From Girardia tigrina (taxonomy: Eukaryota): DNA of 53,642 nt. The stretch spans positions 1 through 53,642 of the forward strand of contig MQRK01223329.1 in the NCBI GenBank assembly GCA_001938485.1, in the 5' to 3' direction. Below the pieces are notes generated by a model, which had not been told where the DNA came from, searched no databases, and was given only the letters and a program-made list of their open reading frames with translations. Shown here piece by piece: positions 12,760 through 25,559 of this stretch. The position numbers and the translations under genes are program-made. Each line of letters begins with the position of its first letter. The first letter of the stretch is position 1.

Positions 12760-14050
12760 GTTAAGATCATTTTTTAAACAATCTGATTCTTCTCTTAATA
12801 CCAGTATTTTTTAATCTTTCCTTTCTTGGCCTCTTCATGCATTGTTTGACACTGATTGCACAATCCGCACGAATTTCTTGACATTGCATCAGCATTTGAA
12901 TGTTTTTCTCTTTTCGATATTCCATTTTCATATGAAGATCAATCAGAAAATTTATCCATGTTTGGAACTGTGGTGTGATGGGGTTTTTTGAAGTCATCAA
13001 AATCGTAATATCTTTATGATCTGTTTGCAACAAAAACTTTTCCAATACAAAAATGTTTAAAATGCTGTGTGAAATAATAAATCGCAAGTAGTTCTTCCCT
13101 TGTAATGCAATGGCCTAGTTCATGTTTATTCATTTTATGTGATCTATACGAAATCACCCTTTCTCTTCTACATTCGTCTTTCTTTGAAAACCTCTATCCA
13201 TCTCTATCGTATCAAAATTTATCTCAAGTATAAATTGTTTGGAAAAATCAAGATATACCAAAATCGGGATTTTAATCATTCTTCTTTTTAGTTTTCGAAA
13301 GCTCGATCACATTCTTTAGTTTAAATCAGCTTCTTGTCTTTATTCTTACCACATAAGCTTTCCAATACTTTTACATATTTTGCGCCATCATTTATAAATT
13401 TCCATTTACAAAATTTGTCAAGCCCAAAAAGCTCCTTAAATGTTTAATGTATAATGGGCTTTGAAACTTGCTTATCGCGTACATCTTTGCTTTATCTGCT
13501 ATAATATCATCGCTATTTATGATATGTTCTAAATATTTCGTCTTTTCTACTAAAGACTGACACTTTCTGAGTTTATTCTCAAACCTGATTATTTAATTTT
13601 CTGAAATATGATATTTATTCTTTGAAGATGTTCTTTCTTTTTTTTCCAAAAATCAAAATATCATTAGACAGCTTGTTTCCAATTCAAATCGCCCAAAACT
13701 TTTAGAATTAGCTCCTGAAAAGTCGCTTAGGTTGCATCAATTCCAAAATGCATTCTTGTGAAACAGTATTGACCGTACTTTATTGGGAATGCTGTCTTAA
13801 TCTTTGACTCCTCTTCTAACTCTACTAGATGGTATCCGTTTCTCAAATCGATGGTACTAAAATATTTTGCCAACCATTTAGTGTATTCAACATATCGTCT
13901 ACATTTCGCATTGGAGATGCTTGTCAAAAGGTATTTTTTCAACTGGCGAAAGTCTACACATACTCGATTATCTTGCCTTTTTTAATCCAAACACATAACA
14001 AAGGAAAGTTCTAAGGAGAACAAAACTTTTAGATGAAACCGATTTCTTCA
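12760..14050 (-). mobile_element. Ty3/gypsy pol (RT-RNase H) fragment, degenerate
   Basis: KYFSTIDLRNGYHLV...KTAF...GQYCFTRMHFG (RT); FLLQTDHK...PITPQFQTWINFL...MEYRK (RNase H). Confidence 0.88.
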
Positions 14051-14354
14051 AAGTCTTATTCTCATTTTAATTTCGAAAATTGATTCATTGTTGTAATTTC
14101 AACCAAAATCTTGTCGTAAAAAATTCGAGTTGTTCCATCAAAAATCTTAATATTTTTTTACAATACAAATTTTATAGTCGTAAATTTTTCCCAGAGCTTC
14201 CACTTAATTTATAGACTGTAGTTATACAAAATAAAAGTTAAGTAATTTTTTATTTGCTGTCTTTATTTCACACTGACACAATTCTTTTCTTTGCGATACT
14301 TTGCTGAGATTCTTCCATTTTCTGTGTCATTTATAATATATAAAATATATAATA

Positions 14355-16257
14355 CAGTAAAACCTGTACTTCCGACCACCTATCTTGTCAGACCAAATAT
14401 TTTGGGACCGGAACTTTCTCCATTGAATTTTACATAGCCCTTCTGACCACCTATCTTTTCAGACCAGATATTTTGTGACCGGAACTTTCTACATTGAATT
14501 TTACATAGCCATACCGACCACTTGTCTAATGCGTATTCTGATCACCCTTTTGAGGTACCACGATTAAAATTACCTATTTAGTACGACAACTTATTTTTTA
14601 GCCAATAAAAAAAATTGGAACCTAAAGAAAACCTTTTTCCATTACTTAAAATAAATTAATCATACGAATAATTGTTAAAGATTTTATATTTTATTAATAA
14701 ATAAGAAAATAATTTTGTTTATTGACAAAATAATTTTATTGTTACAAAATGTTAACAACTTACCTATATATCATCACAGACATTTGTGTACATGAGTTAT
14801 TGTTGTTAAGGTGTGTCGTGATACTGAGAAAGTTTTTAAAATGTGTGGGAGCCCTGCTCGTTTTAGTATAAAGAAGGTGAATATCATAAATAATCATACC
14901 AAAAAAAATTTGGTGTACAAGCTTTTATAATTTGTCATATGCGGTTCTGTATCTATTTCACCCACTTCCCACATTTTTTTGACTGAATTATCAAAGCCTA
15001 CTTGGCGAAAATCCACTTTCTATTTGCATTTAGATGTAGCAAATTTCAAAGCCTACTACTGACGAAAACATGAGAACGACACTTTAATTACTTTTTGTGG
15101 CCAAACTAAAGGCAGTAGATGAGCAGTGACAGCGAAGTGTATTGTCACCTAGAATACATCAGGCCTGAAAGTTTCATGTCGCTAGGTGAACGGGAAGCAG
15201 GTGAATTTTCGATCGCAAGATTTGATGCATCCAGAAAGACAAACAAAAGAAACGTAATAAAAGCTTGTAAAAAGGACTGTTCTCCACTATTCCTTTTGTT
15301 TGTCTTTCTCTCTTCCAAAAAAATTCAACAAGCATTTAATCATCTTTTTATAAGTGTTTAGTTTTTTCCAGACACATTTTTTACAAATGACCAAAAGAAG
15401 AGAATTAACTCTACAAGATAAAATATACTTGCAGCTTGCAGATATATAAGACAGCTTGTTCAGCAATTTCATTACAGTAAAACACAAGTACTGTCAATCC
15501 TTAAGCATAAACATTTTTTTATTGACGCCTTTGAAAGCAACTGCAGCTTAACTTGAAAACACGTCACTCTATCTGGACAGTACGATTTTATAAATTCAAA
15601 GACCTGGAAGTGGTTTCATGGAAATGCATTAAACGTTCATGTATCTTGTCTAATAATGAAAGAAAATGCTCTATCATATACTAGGGAACTTCAGTATAAG
15701 GATTTTAAAGCAATGGCTGGCGTCAGAGCTTTCAAAATTGCCACAACGTAACGTGCAATGTTATTTGCGGAGAAGGGGGAAGTGTAGACTATTGAATGGT
15801 AGATTATTGAGAATCAAAGATCCGTACCTTAAAGCAAGTCCGGGGAGGAGCCCCAGCAGATAAACTCTTTCTCTGAGGCATAAAAGTGGATGCATCAGCT
15901 ATGACTTTATTTTCTGAGTATGTGCTCCACTGGATTGCCTCACCTGGAAAAAACGGTAAAAGAACTGCAACGTCATGCTTCGGAATTAAAAATATTTGGT
16001 AAACGATTGACCTTAGACTCTTTTGTGAAAAGATCGTAACTTTGAAATAAATAGATGTTGTTTCTCTTTCAATTTTATTCATTGAAAAAAAGCATTACGT
16101 GGTTACCTTTTCACAGTTTTCAGTTTTAAAATGTGAACACCTTTATTTTATTCGTGCCTTAATAATCCAACAATATAAGTTGTCAAATCCGACCACCTGT
16201 GTATTAAGACCAGCTACATTGTAACCCGATGGTGGTCTTAATATGCAGGTTCTACTG
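14355..16257 (+). mobile_element. pogo/Tigger (CENP-B-like) DNA transposon, decayed
   Basis: Imperfect TIRs CAGTAAAACCTGTAC..GACCACC / GGTGGTC..GCAGGTTCTACTG; MTKRRELTLQDKI at 15388 and an SNGW...HNV..NVICGEG motif; subterminal tandem duplication of about 72 bp at 14372-14520. Confidence 0.8.
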
Positions 16258-16469
16258 TGTATAAAATGTAATATTAAGATTTTGATTTATTTAATTATTT
16301 AAAATAATTAAAGGAACTCTATAAATTGCATTAATTTAAAGGAACCTTTATTACTTAAAGTCGTCTAGTTATAGTTAAAAGCCGTTAAAACAGAAATAAA
16401 AGCCATTATTTTTTTATCAACATTTCAGTGGGCGAGTATTTGCTATTTGTTCTTATCATTTTTATATGA

Positions 16470-16665
16470 GTGAATTTTAATGTAGTCGAGTCTATGTAGA
16501 AAATATATGAAGGTTAGATATTTAATGTTGATAAAGGATAAAAAGTAATGTCAACTTAGGATATCAAGTATATTAGTGAATTAAAATGTTGAGTCTATGT
16601 AGAAAATATATAATGGTTAGATATTTAATATTGATAAAGGATGTAAAGTATTGTCAAGTTAAGAA
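16470..16665. repeat. Direct tandem duplication, unit about 103 bp x2
   Basis: GAGTCTATGTAGAAAATATAT...GGTTAGATATTTAAT.TTGATAAAGGAT..AAAGTA.TGTCAA repeated at about 16489 and 16591. Confidence 0.8.
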
Positions 16666-17802
16666 GTAAAGTTATGGTGCTGGCCTCCGGTTCAAGCAGT
16701 GAAAGCCCGCACCCATTTTTTGTGCGGAAGTATTAGCCGGTTTTATGTCGACTGGCCCTCGATCGACATCAGATCGACCTTTTGGAAGATCGACGAGTAC
16801 CGCGGCTTCCAAAAATGCGGATTCGTACTCGTTGCCAACAGGATTTTTCCAGGCAGTTTTCGATCGTTCACGCCCGCAGACTGTCACCCAAAAGCGCGAC
16901 TGGCGTTGGCTGACCAGTCATTTCGAATCAATGTTGCGGTCGATGTAAGCCGGTTCTCCGTGCAATTGCTCTACTTACCCGAAGTCAGTCGGTTCGATGG
17001 GCCAGTTCATGTCTGCATGGTAAAAATCAAACAGCACATGCGAATATCACACCCTTGCAAGAACTCGCAATAACAGAAATAAAAGCCACAATCATTACTC
17101 TAGAGCAAACACAAAACCCAAAACAAAATAAATCGAAAAAAAATTAATAAATAACAAAAATCAAAACAATCCAGATAGTAGGGCCTTTTTTAACATATTG
17201 ACTGGGGGACAATTGCCCCCACAGTAACCGAAAAATGCCCCACAGTTCAAGGCAAAAGTGTGGACTGAGGTGCAATTTTTTAAATCGATTTTTATCGATA
17301 CAATTATATAAAAAAATAATAAATATATAAAAAAAAACCACTCACCAGTTTTGAAAGTTTTAAAATTAAAAGTGAAAATTATTTTTCATTTGTGTTTTAA
17401 TGAAGGATGAAATTTATTTTTCCTTTGTGTTTAATAACTCCCAATAAAAACTCCCATTAATTTTTGAGTGGTTGGGCTGCGGATAATTCTTCGGGGGAAA
17501 TATGATCTGTTTAACAGCGAATACTCAAATTGTTCTAAAGAAATATGATCTGAAAGAAAAGGGGAATTAAAGAATAATTAAAGTTTAATGAAAGTTTTGA
17601 AATATTTTTAAAATTTGTTTTTAAATTCTAATTAGAAGTTTATTTAAATAAAAGTTTTGAATTTAATAATACTAATTTATATATAAAAAAATTAATATTT
17701 TTTATTTGGGTATAAATACCCATCTAAATTTTAAAATAATTTAGAAAGAAAAAGGGTAAAGTCAAAGTTAAAAAGTTTATAAGAATATATATTATTTGGA
17801 AA

Positions 17803-17805
<3 letters not shown>

Positions 17806-17854
<49 letters not shown>

Positions 17855-17925
17855 NNNNNNNNNNNNNNNNNNNNNNNNNNNNNNNNNNNNNNNNNNNNNN
17901 NNNNTATATATATATATATATATAT
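17806..17925. repeat. (TA)n microsatellite with a 50-N assembly gap (17855-17904)
   Basis: Seen directly; the same pattern occurs at 22790-22839 and 24718-24767. Confidence 0.95.
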
Positions 17926-19237
17926 AAACGAATACCCATTATTTGGAATATCCTGTCAATTGTTAAAGAATTGAATTGTACCATTTTTTAGTATCCATAA
18001 ATATACATTTGAACCAGAATCTTCAGTTGTTAATATTCAATTGATTTCAAAAATAACTTATTAAGATAACTACTCAATAAGAGAATTGATTTGCTTTTAA
18101 TAATCAAATTTTGGTCAATTGTTGGAAGAACCTTCTGATTTAATTGGAGTCAGAGAAACACCTATTTCAAGTTCAGTATTTGAAAAATAAAATAAAGAAT
18201 AATACCCAACAGTTTAAGTATTATTCATAATGTTGTATTGTACGTTTTGATTACAATGCGTGGTGTGCCATCACAACATCTCATTCCTTTGTCTTGAGCA
18301 TGAAATCTGAAAAGGCAAACCGTGTAAATCAAGATTACATAAAATCATACCCCTTAGACCCTGTTGCCTCCGACCGGGGACTGTTCAATGTCGGAACAAA
18401 CCCGAAGGCAACTTAAAGTCTGGCACTACTCGCAGATGTCAGATTGAGAATTGTGTCGAGTCTCGACATTGGTATAGACATATAAGGTTGGTGACCTATA
18501 ACCTGAGGCTCAGAGCATCTCAAAAGTGTTCTGAGACGTCAAAACAACAATGTAAATAGAGACGAGCTCAACACATTAAATTATTATTTTGTGCTAGTTA
18601 TTGTAAATCATTTAAATTGTTCATTAACATATCAGAGGAAATTTATTACTATAATAGATTACGTTATAACATAATCTCGCCTCCATAATTAAATTCTAAA
18701 CCAGCTAATTATTATTAGGTAATATATAAAGAATCAAAGCATTATAGTTGGAAGACAGATATTATGAACTATTACATACTTAGGTGCTGACCACCGGATC
18801 GAGCTGTAATGACCAGCATCTCTTTAATGTACCGGACTCGATGCCAGGAAAGATCAGCACGTCGGTTCAAAGGCGGCTTCGCGTCGGTCGATGGTTCACT
18901 CGATGAGTCCAAGTGGGTAATTTGGATGCTGATCCGCCGAATTATGCGGCGGCAGATCTGGCCCGACCGATTTCCTCTGAGTACGAAATGAAATTTGACG
19001 ATCCGAAAAATTGCAATTTTGAAACAACGAAAACCAGGGGAAATAAAAACATAAGAAAGATGATCAACAAAAGCCAAAAGGCTAAAATATTATAGTAAAT
19101 AGATATGATTTTTTCAAAAAGTGTTACACCAAGTTATTTTGTTAGTCTATCAAAACAACAATATTGTTAATATTTTTTCGAACACCATACATACTATAGG
19201 TTAATCGTCAAAATCAAAATAATGTTAATCAAGCTTA

Positions 19238-19951
19238 TGTGGTGCAATCCCTAAGTCCTTAGACTAGTTGATAAATAAGATTATGACGTATGATACGTTG
19301 ATACTATAAATAGATGAGCTTGTATGTGCCTCAGAGCAAGCGTCAATCTTCTGACTGGTGCTTCCCCTGTGAAAGTGATTCCCAAAACCTTCGAAGCGGC
19401 ACCTCGCACAAGCGAGCAGCAATGCTGACTGTGTTCTGGGATTCCCTTGGCATTATTAAAATTGGTTTCCTTGAGAAAGGACTGACAATGAATAGTGAGT
19501 ATTATGTTGAATTATTTCGCGATGTGAGAAAGTCTCGTAGGAAGCCAAGAAGGATGCCATTGTGGCTCCTTCAAGACAATGCACCCATTCACACTTCGCG
19601 AGCAACTTTGACTGCTGTGGATGAATGTGGCTTTCAGTTGGTTTCCCACCCCCACCTAGTCCCAAGTGATTTTGCGTTGTTTAAACACCTAAAGAAACAT
19701 TTAAAAGGTGTCCAATTTCATTTAGTTGATGTCCTCAAGGAGAAAGTCCTTGATATTCTCAATTCTTTGCCTCCCAATTTTTACAAAAATGCGTTCTCTG
19801 AGCTTGTTGCTCGTTGGCGCAAGTGTGTTGATGTACACGGCTCATACATTGAGAAATGATTTATTTTGATGTCATGTACTGATTCTGTAAAAATAAAGTT
19901 TATTGGAGTTTGCTTTCTTGTCGAGTCTAAGGACTTATGGATCGAACCACG
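19238..19951 (+). mobile_element. Internally deleted mariner (DD34D-type) with C-terminal transposase ORF 19314-19859
   Basis: 28-bp TIRs, 24/28 identical (CGTGGTTCGATCCATAAGTCCTTAGACT), TA flanks; MLTVFWDSLG, LLQDNAPIH, HP-[YSPD deleted]-LVPSDF, RWRKCVDVHGSYIEK. Confidence 0.92.
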
Positions 19952-21608
19952 TATCAAGTACACTATATACAAGTATGTCGGCCGTTATACGACTACGGTT
20001 ACACGTCAAAGTTCAAGGGTCAACCTTCTCGACCCCTTGGACTTGTAGGTGAACCACGAGTACAACTCCTAGCCAATGACTTTTCATGGTTGATGACATC
20101 TTATTAGTACCAGTCAGTGAAACAAGGGCCCCATTGTAAGTATCGACACGAGGTAAACTTTGTAATTTAAATCGATCGACAATAAAACATAAAATAAGTA
20201 TTCAAATTAAAATATATTGAATAACAAATGTAAAGACAAAATCATATAAAGGGAATAACTAACATCTGTTTGAGAATATAAGAAATTAAATGGAAGAAAA
20301 TTTGGTAGTTGGGAGATTTTATATGTGGATTATTTAGAATAAATTGAGTATTTTTTGTAAATAAAAAAATATAAGTTTAAAAATTGCAAGTATTTTGTTT
20401 GTTTTAATGTATTATTTTAAATATAAATTTTGATATCTGTAGTGATCTATTGGAACTCATATATTTATTTATAAAAAAATAATATATTTTTCTATATATA
20501 CATATAAATTAATACTGATGGCTTCAAAAAAAATCAATATAATAATTTTTATTGGACTTTTCGCTAAGAATATATGATTTTATCGCAATAAAACTGAAAC
20601 ATCAAAAGATCCGGCACGTTCTTGATCTAATTCTCCAAATCTATTGTATGTTTATCGTTTATCGTATGTTTATCCCCTGGACAGGAAATCTTTTTATTTA
20701 TTTACTTTCCTTTAAACTGGCAAATGTTCGGTCAACTAAATTTCCGCTCTATCCCCGATATGTTTTTTCTGTATAATAAAATTTAAATCGCAATCCCAAT
20801 CTCAGGTTTTCGAACCGTATCCTCACTCGTCGTCATTAGCCATTACAACAATAATCGCACAACTTCCAACAACCAAATCTTATCAACTGAATTTGTACAA
20901 CATTCCTTCTATGAACGATTTGTATTATTCTTTAATATAGTTTGTTAAATTTAAGTTATATTTTTAGTTATTTAATTTTATAGTTAAAAGAGTTAATTGA
21001 ACTGTAATTTTTTCAGTTAACTCTTTTACAATATCCAATAAAATAAGTTAAGCGAAATTGATTTTTTCTTGCTATTGAGAATGAAAGAAAATATTGCTTT
21101 TGATTCAAGAACAGCTCGAATATTGTTAAACTTGAAATTATGGAAGAAAAATTCAGGATATTAAACATCTTAATCAATTTCCGAATCAAAAAATAAAGAT
21201 GAAGGACAAATAACAGAAATTTTGCTGCGGCAGATGAACCCAGATTCTGGTATTTCCAGCAAATTCATGTCAAATATGAATAATTTCGTGAATTTGAGCG
21301 AATTGTTAATGAAGTTAGTCGAGAAGTCGATGATCATGAGCAGAGAGATCCAAATGATAGTGGTACTTCTGGTGCTTGGAGATTTGGTTAAGATAATCGA
21401 AATAGGAGAAGGGAATACGGTCCTCTTTAGGGCCAAAAATGATGGTTGGCATGTACATGCAGGTTATAAAAAATTCAATAAAAAGAAATTAATAACAAAA
21501 CCCGAGTTGAAGAACTCTGGGCGTGGCTGCCGCGTTCAAACTGCCGCTCTGCGATCAACGTCTATACAATATAAAATAGAAACCACAACGTACCTTCAGA
21601 TATTAGTA

Positions 21609-21779
21609 CTGTAATTTCCGCACTATATACCGCACATTGCCTGCTTTTCCCAAAAAAACATTAAAAACTATAACATTATATAAAAAAAACATAAACATTA
21701 TAAAAACGTATAAGCCACAACTCTTAAATTATGACTCATTTCAGGTTTTTAAGTGTGGCTTATAGTCCGGAATTTACGG
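21609..21779. mobile_element. pogo/Tc2-type MITE
   Basis: TA-CTGTAATTTCCGCACTATA...TATAGTCCGGAATTTACGG-TA. Confidence 0.75.
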
Positions 21780-21829
21780 TAGTTTAAGAAGTGTAAATAG
21801 ATTGCAAGCGAAAACAAATGAGTTGCAGA

Positions 21830-22530
21830 TGGATGTCATGTAATTTAACGGGTACGAAATGCTATCATCAAATAAACAGTGATTCTGGCGTGTATATTGG
21901 TTTGTGATTTTTTGGTGTGTGTAACTGGTTTCACTGCGTTACTTATATTATTTTGATTGTACATGTTGACCAAGATTGTCGTGGGCGTAATGGCAGAGAA
22001 TTATAACGTCAGCAAAATTAATCGACTTCCCTCCGCTCCGGTTCTATACGTAATGTCTGTGTGAGTGACTACAGTTTTATTGATTCATTCTTATTTGTTT
22101 ATTTTTTATCATAGATTCTTCTTGCAGACAAATCGCGGGGTGCGTCATCTGCTCCTACGTTAAGTCTATTAGTTTTACATTGTTCTGCATGGACAGGCGG
22201 AGAGTCAACAGACTGCTGATTCATAGTGATGCACTGTTTCCAAAATTAAATGTTGGAAAATCGTGACTTTTTAATTAATTTTATTATTGATGCTTAATTT
22301 TCATTGATTATTCCAGGAGCTTGTGAAAAGCCTAACCGAAGCTCCTTGGGCTCTAGAGGACGCTGTCCGTCATTCATTTATCGGGGACCCTCAGAAATAA
22401 TAAAGAATGTCGTTGGTGGAAATTCGCTGGAGGTAAGGGTTATTAGTGGGGTAATTAGTTATTTATTTCATTCGTAGGAAACTTACGGAACTGGCCTCCG
22501 TCTCCGAGGGGTCGGGCAGCAATTGACTAT
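21830..22530 (+). pseudogene. Decayed multi-exon membrane-protein gene with an N-terminus resembling DEG/ENaC channels
   Basis: FNGYEMLSSNKQ*FWRVYWFVIF/LVCVTGFTALLILF resembles the HG-motif/TM1 region; several short GT-AG introns; stops and frameshifts. Confidence 0.3.
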
Positions 22531-22745
22531 CAGAATGTTACTTTGTTATTGCAATATATACTTCTTTCATTTATTTGTCTGTCTTTGTATGATTTATTTT
22601 TTTCTTTATATTTTGGGGTCTTTATTAATTTGATGTGTGTTAGATTTATGTGTAAATTCCATTTCAATCAAAACAAATGCCAAAGTGACATTCGTTCACA
22701 AAGTTAGTTTGATTTTATGTTTGAAAATTATTCTTTTCTATAAAA

Positions 22746-22789
<44 letters not shown>

Positions 22790-22839
22790 NNNNNNNNNNN
22801 NNNNNNNNNNNNNNNNNNNNNNNNNNNNNNNNNNNNNNN

Positions 22840-22901
<62 letters not shown>

Positions 22902-23034
22902 ATAAATCAATATTTGTGTCCTATACATTAACTTGTGGAAACTGCGCACAAATTTGTAAAATATTTGAAAATAAATCAATAAAGAAATTAATAAAAAGGT
23001 TTTGTTAATTTTGATGCAAATAAAAAACAAGAAA

Positions 23035-23731
23035 AGTTAGTGTTCTTGATTGGGAGTCGAACTGAGAGCATCCGAGCTCATTTAAATGCTCTTCTACCAT
23101 AAGAAATAAAAATGACAGTTGTAAGGTAAGCTTTAGAAAATTGCCTAAGATTTCAATATATAGCATGAATGTAACTTTCTGATCACATTGTGTTTCGCGA
23201 CGACTGTCAATTGTATGAAGAAAATAAAGAGAATTATCAAGACTCAATTTGAAAATGATGGTTTCAAACTCGAAAACCAGTTGCTAAGGTGGTCGTCGCT
23301 CAACGGTAACTTGATGTACATACATTATGAACATGTGATCCACTGATGATGATAAAGCTATAATACCCATTATGCTAATGTGAAATTCAAACGGTGTAAC
23401 AGGATTCCTTTCCATAAAATCGAAACATTTGAAAAACAATAGAATGGTAAACATAGCAATGAATTTCTAACTAAAGTTATCCCGGAACACCGTTAAAGCC
23501 AGACAGGTTCCGGTGATCACGTACCACATTCTCTCAATCAAATTCTCAACTTCAGCCGATCTGAGTTGTCCAAAGAATATCTTGCCGAGCAATTTACTAA
23601 TGATAATTACAAACACAAAAGTCCGAATATAGAGCGCTGCTCTTCGTTATACAAATCACTGATGGATATAACTGCTTCTTCTGACAAAAGACGCTCGTGA
23701 TCACTGCGGCCGTCAACAAAGTGTTCCGCAT
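23035..23731 (-). pseudogene. SYVN1: Synoviolin/HRD1 ERAD E3 ligase pseudogene (N-terminal TM region only)
   Basis: QKKQLYPSVICITKSS; LLGKIFFGQLRSAEVENLIERMWYVITGTCLALTVFRDNFS; FKCF-DFMERNP; QLVFEFE; FLHTIDSRRETQCDQKVTFMLYIE. It has frameshifts, TAG stops and deletions, and no RING domain. Confidence 0.9.
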
Positions 23732-24157
23732 TGTTAACATAAATAATAATTTTTTATTTTTATAAATCAGCAATTCAAAACAATAGAATTGAAATCGCAT
23801 TTTCTTTAACACACATCGACTTCAAACAACGATATAATGAGTAAACACAATTGGAAAATGTTGTTAAAAAAGTTAAGAGTTTAAATTCTGGACCATTTTA
23901 CAGTTTTTAATTAAAAGTTATTAAAAAAAACAGGTAAATTGCAATTCAATTTTTTGTATACTAAATTGTAATTTTGAATTGCAATTTATCTTCAAAAAAA
24001 ATTTGTTTTTGTATAGATAATAAGAATTATAAATGCAGTAACTCCGCAGAATTTTTTGAACTAAATAAAGAATTCAAAGTGTGCAATTCTTCAAGTGAAT
24101 TCAATTTTCACCTTTTTATTAATTGTTCGAATTCAAATATAAATTCCAAATTGAAAA

Positions 24158-24425
24158 ATGTCTGAAACGAATTTCGAAGACAAATCGTTCTTTGAAAAAA
24201 GCCGACGTCTATTGGAATAACGTTTCGGCAAATGTCAACGGAATGTTAGGGTTCAAGAAGGTGAGCGATGCCGATATTCGGTTATCGAAGAGAACATTGA
24301 CGAAATTGATCGACGATGGAATATTTATGCAACATACTGTTGAAGAGCTCGATTGTAGTGCTGGAATTGGACGAGTAACGAAGAATCTCTTGATGAACTT
24401 CTTTACTCATATCGATCTGATCCGC
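24158..24425 (+). pseudogene. NTMT1: N-terminal Xaa-Pro-Lys N-methyltransferase pseudogene (5' fragment)
   Basis: MSETNFEDKSFFEK (frameshift) ADVYWNNVSANVNGMLG-F...LDCSAGIGRVTKNLLMNFFTHIDLI matches the NTMT1 YW..VDGMLGG and LDCGAGIGR.TK.LL motifs; truncated. Confidence 0.88.
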
Positions 24426-25078
24426 TCAGAAAATCCATCGCAATTCTGATAGTATTGGAAAAGGAGAACGAAATACGGCCCTCATCAGGGTCACAAATGA
24501 TGATTGTCGAATTCGGATCACAAAATGGAACCCATACGCTCTAAAAACTACTTCAGATAAACAAATCAAAATTATAATCTTTTTCCTTTTTTTAATAGAT
24601 CATTTTTTACAAATTCAATATATATATTTTTATTTCTTTATTTATTTAAAAATTTTCGATAGATTTATTTATTTTTTTAATTTTTAATTCAAAAATTATA
24701 TATATATATATATATATNNNNNNNNNNNNNNNNNNNNNNNNNNNNNNNNNNNNNNNNNNNNNNNNNNATATATATATATATATATATTTACATCAACGAT
24801 ACATTTTAGTCAGTAATATGAAAAGAATGAAGTTTTGTAAAGATTAAAAAATGATTTATAAAAAATTGCTTAAGTAACCGAGATTGGAACACTCAATTAT
24901 TTATCATTTGAGACCGATAAACCACGACAAAAACAACATTACGGAATTATGAAAACATTTTTGTGAAGGTTTCAGAGAAGATTCAGAAAAGAACGCTAGA
25001 TTAATAAATACAATAGCCGAATAAAAAGTTCATTTTCATAGTTTATTAATAAAACATATAGACAATTTAATAGTTTTT

Positions 25079-25271
25079 TTATGTTTCTTCATTCTTAATA
25101 GTAGTTAATTGATTTAGAAGTAGATCGAAATCAGAGGGAGGATGTTGGTCTTGAGGAGGTTCATTGCGGCACATAATTGATATTCGTCTTGTCTTTCTGA
25201 TGGAAACTCCATTAATAAAACTTGAGTCATTAGACAGGACTTCATGAGTAAACAGATATCTGATGTCACGA
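25079..25271 (-). CDS. ALKBH7: ALKBH7 (Fe/2OG dioxygenase) terminal coding exon
   Basis: AG acceptor at 25273-25272, phase 2, then RDIRYLFTHEVLSNDSSFINGVSIRKTRRISIMCRNEP...EET-TAA, matching ALKBH7 RYxFxHEIL...RRISVICR; no disruptions. Confidence 0.88.
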
Positions 25272-25311
25272 CTAAAATATTAATATAATATTAATTTATT
25301 TAATATCTTAC

Positions 25312-25450
25312 ATTAAATTTTAATTAATAATATCAATATGATTTTTTGAACATTTATTAATATCACAAATCAAATTGTCATTACAACAATTATTCGAACC
25401 ACTTTTACTATTCGACATTCTTTCTTGATTAATGTATTTCTCTGTTTCAT
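25312..25450 (-). pseudogene. GPCR-like (TM6 region) fragment
   Basis: LIKKECRIVKVVRIIVVMTI*FVILINVQKII; visibly paralogous to the segment at about 52600-52715. Confidence 0.35.
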
Positions 25451-25559
25451 ACTAATTTTTCAAAAGAATGGAAAATATTTATAATATTAATTAATTATCA
25501 AATTTTAGAATTCAGATGCTGAGAATTCTAAAGTGTCATGGAAATAAATTGTTTAAATC

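Noticed and set aside
17724-23008. ORFs containing IYIYIY runs, and synteny across the N gaps
   Set aside because: These are artefacts of (TA)n tracts and gaps; adjacency across the 50-N gaps is not established.
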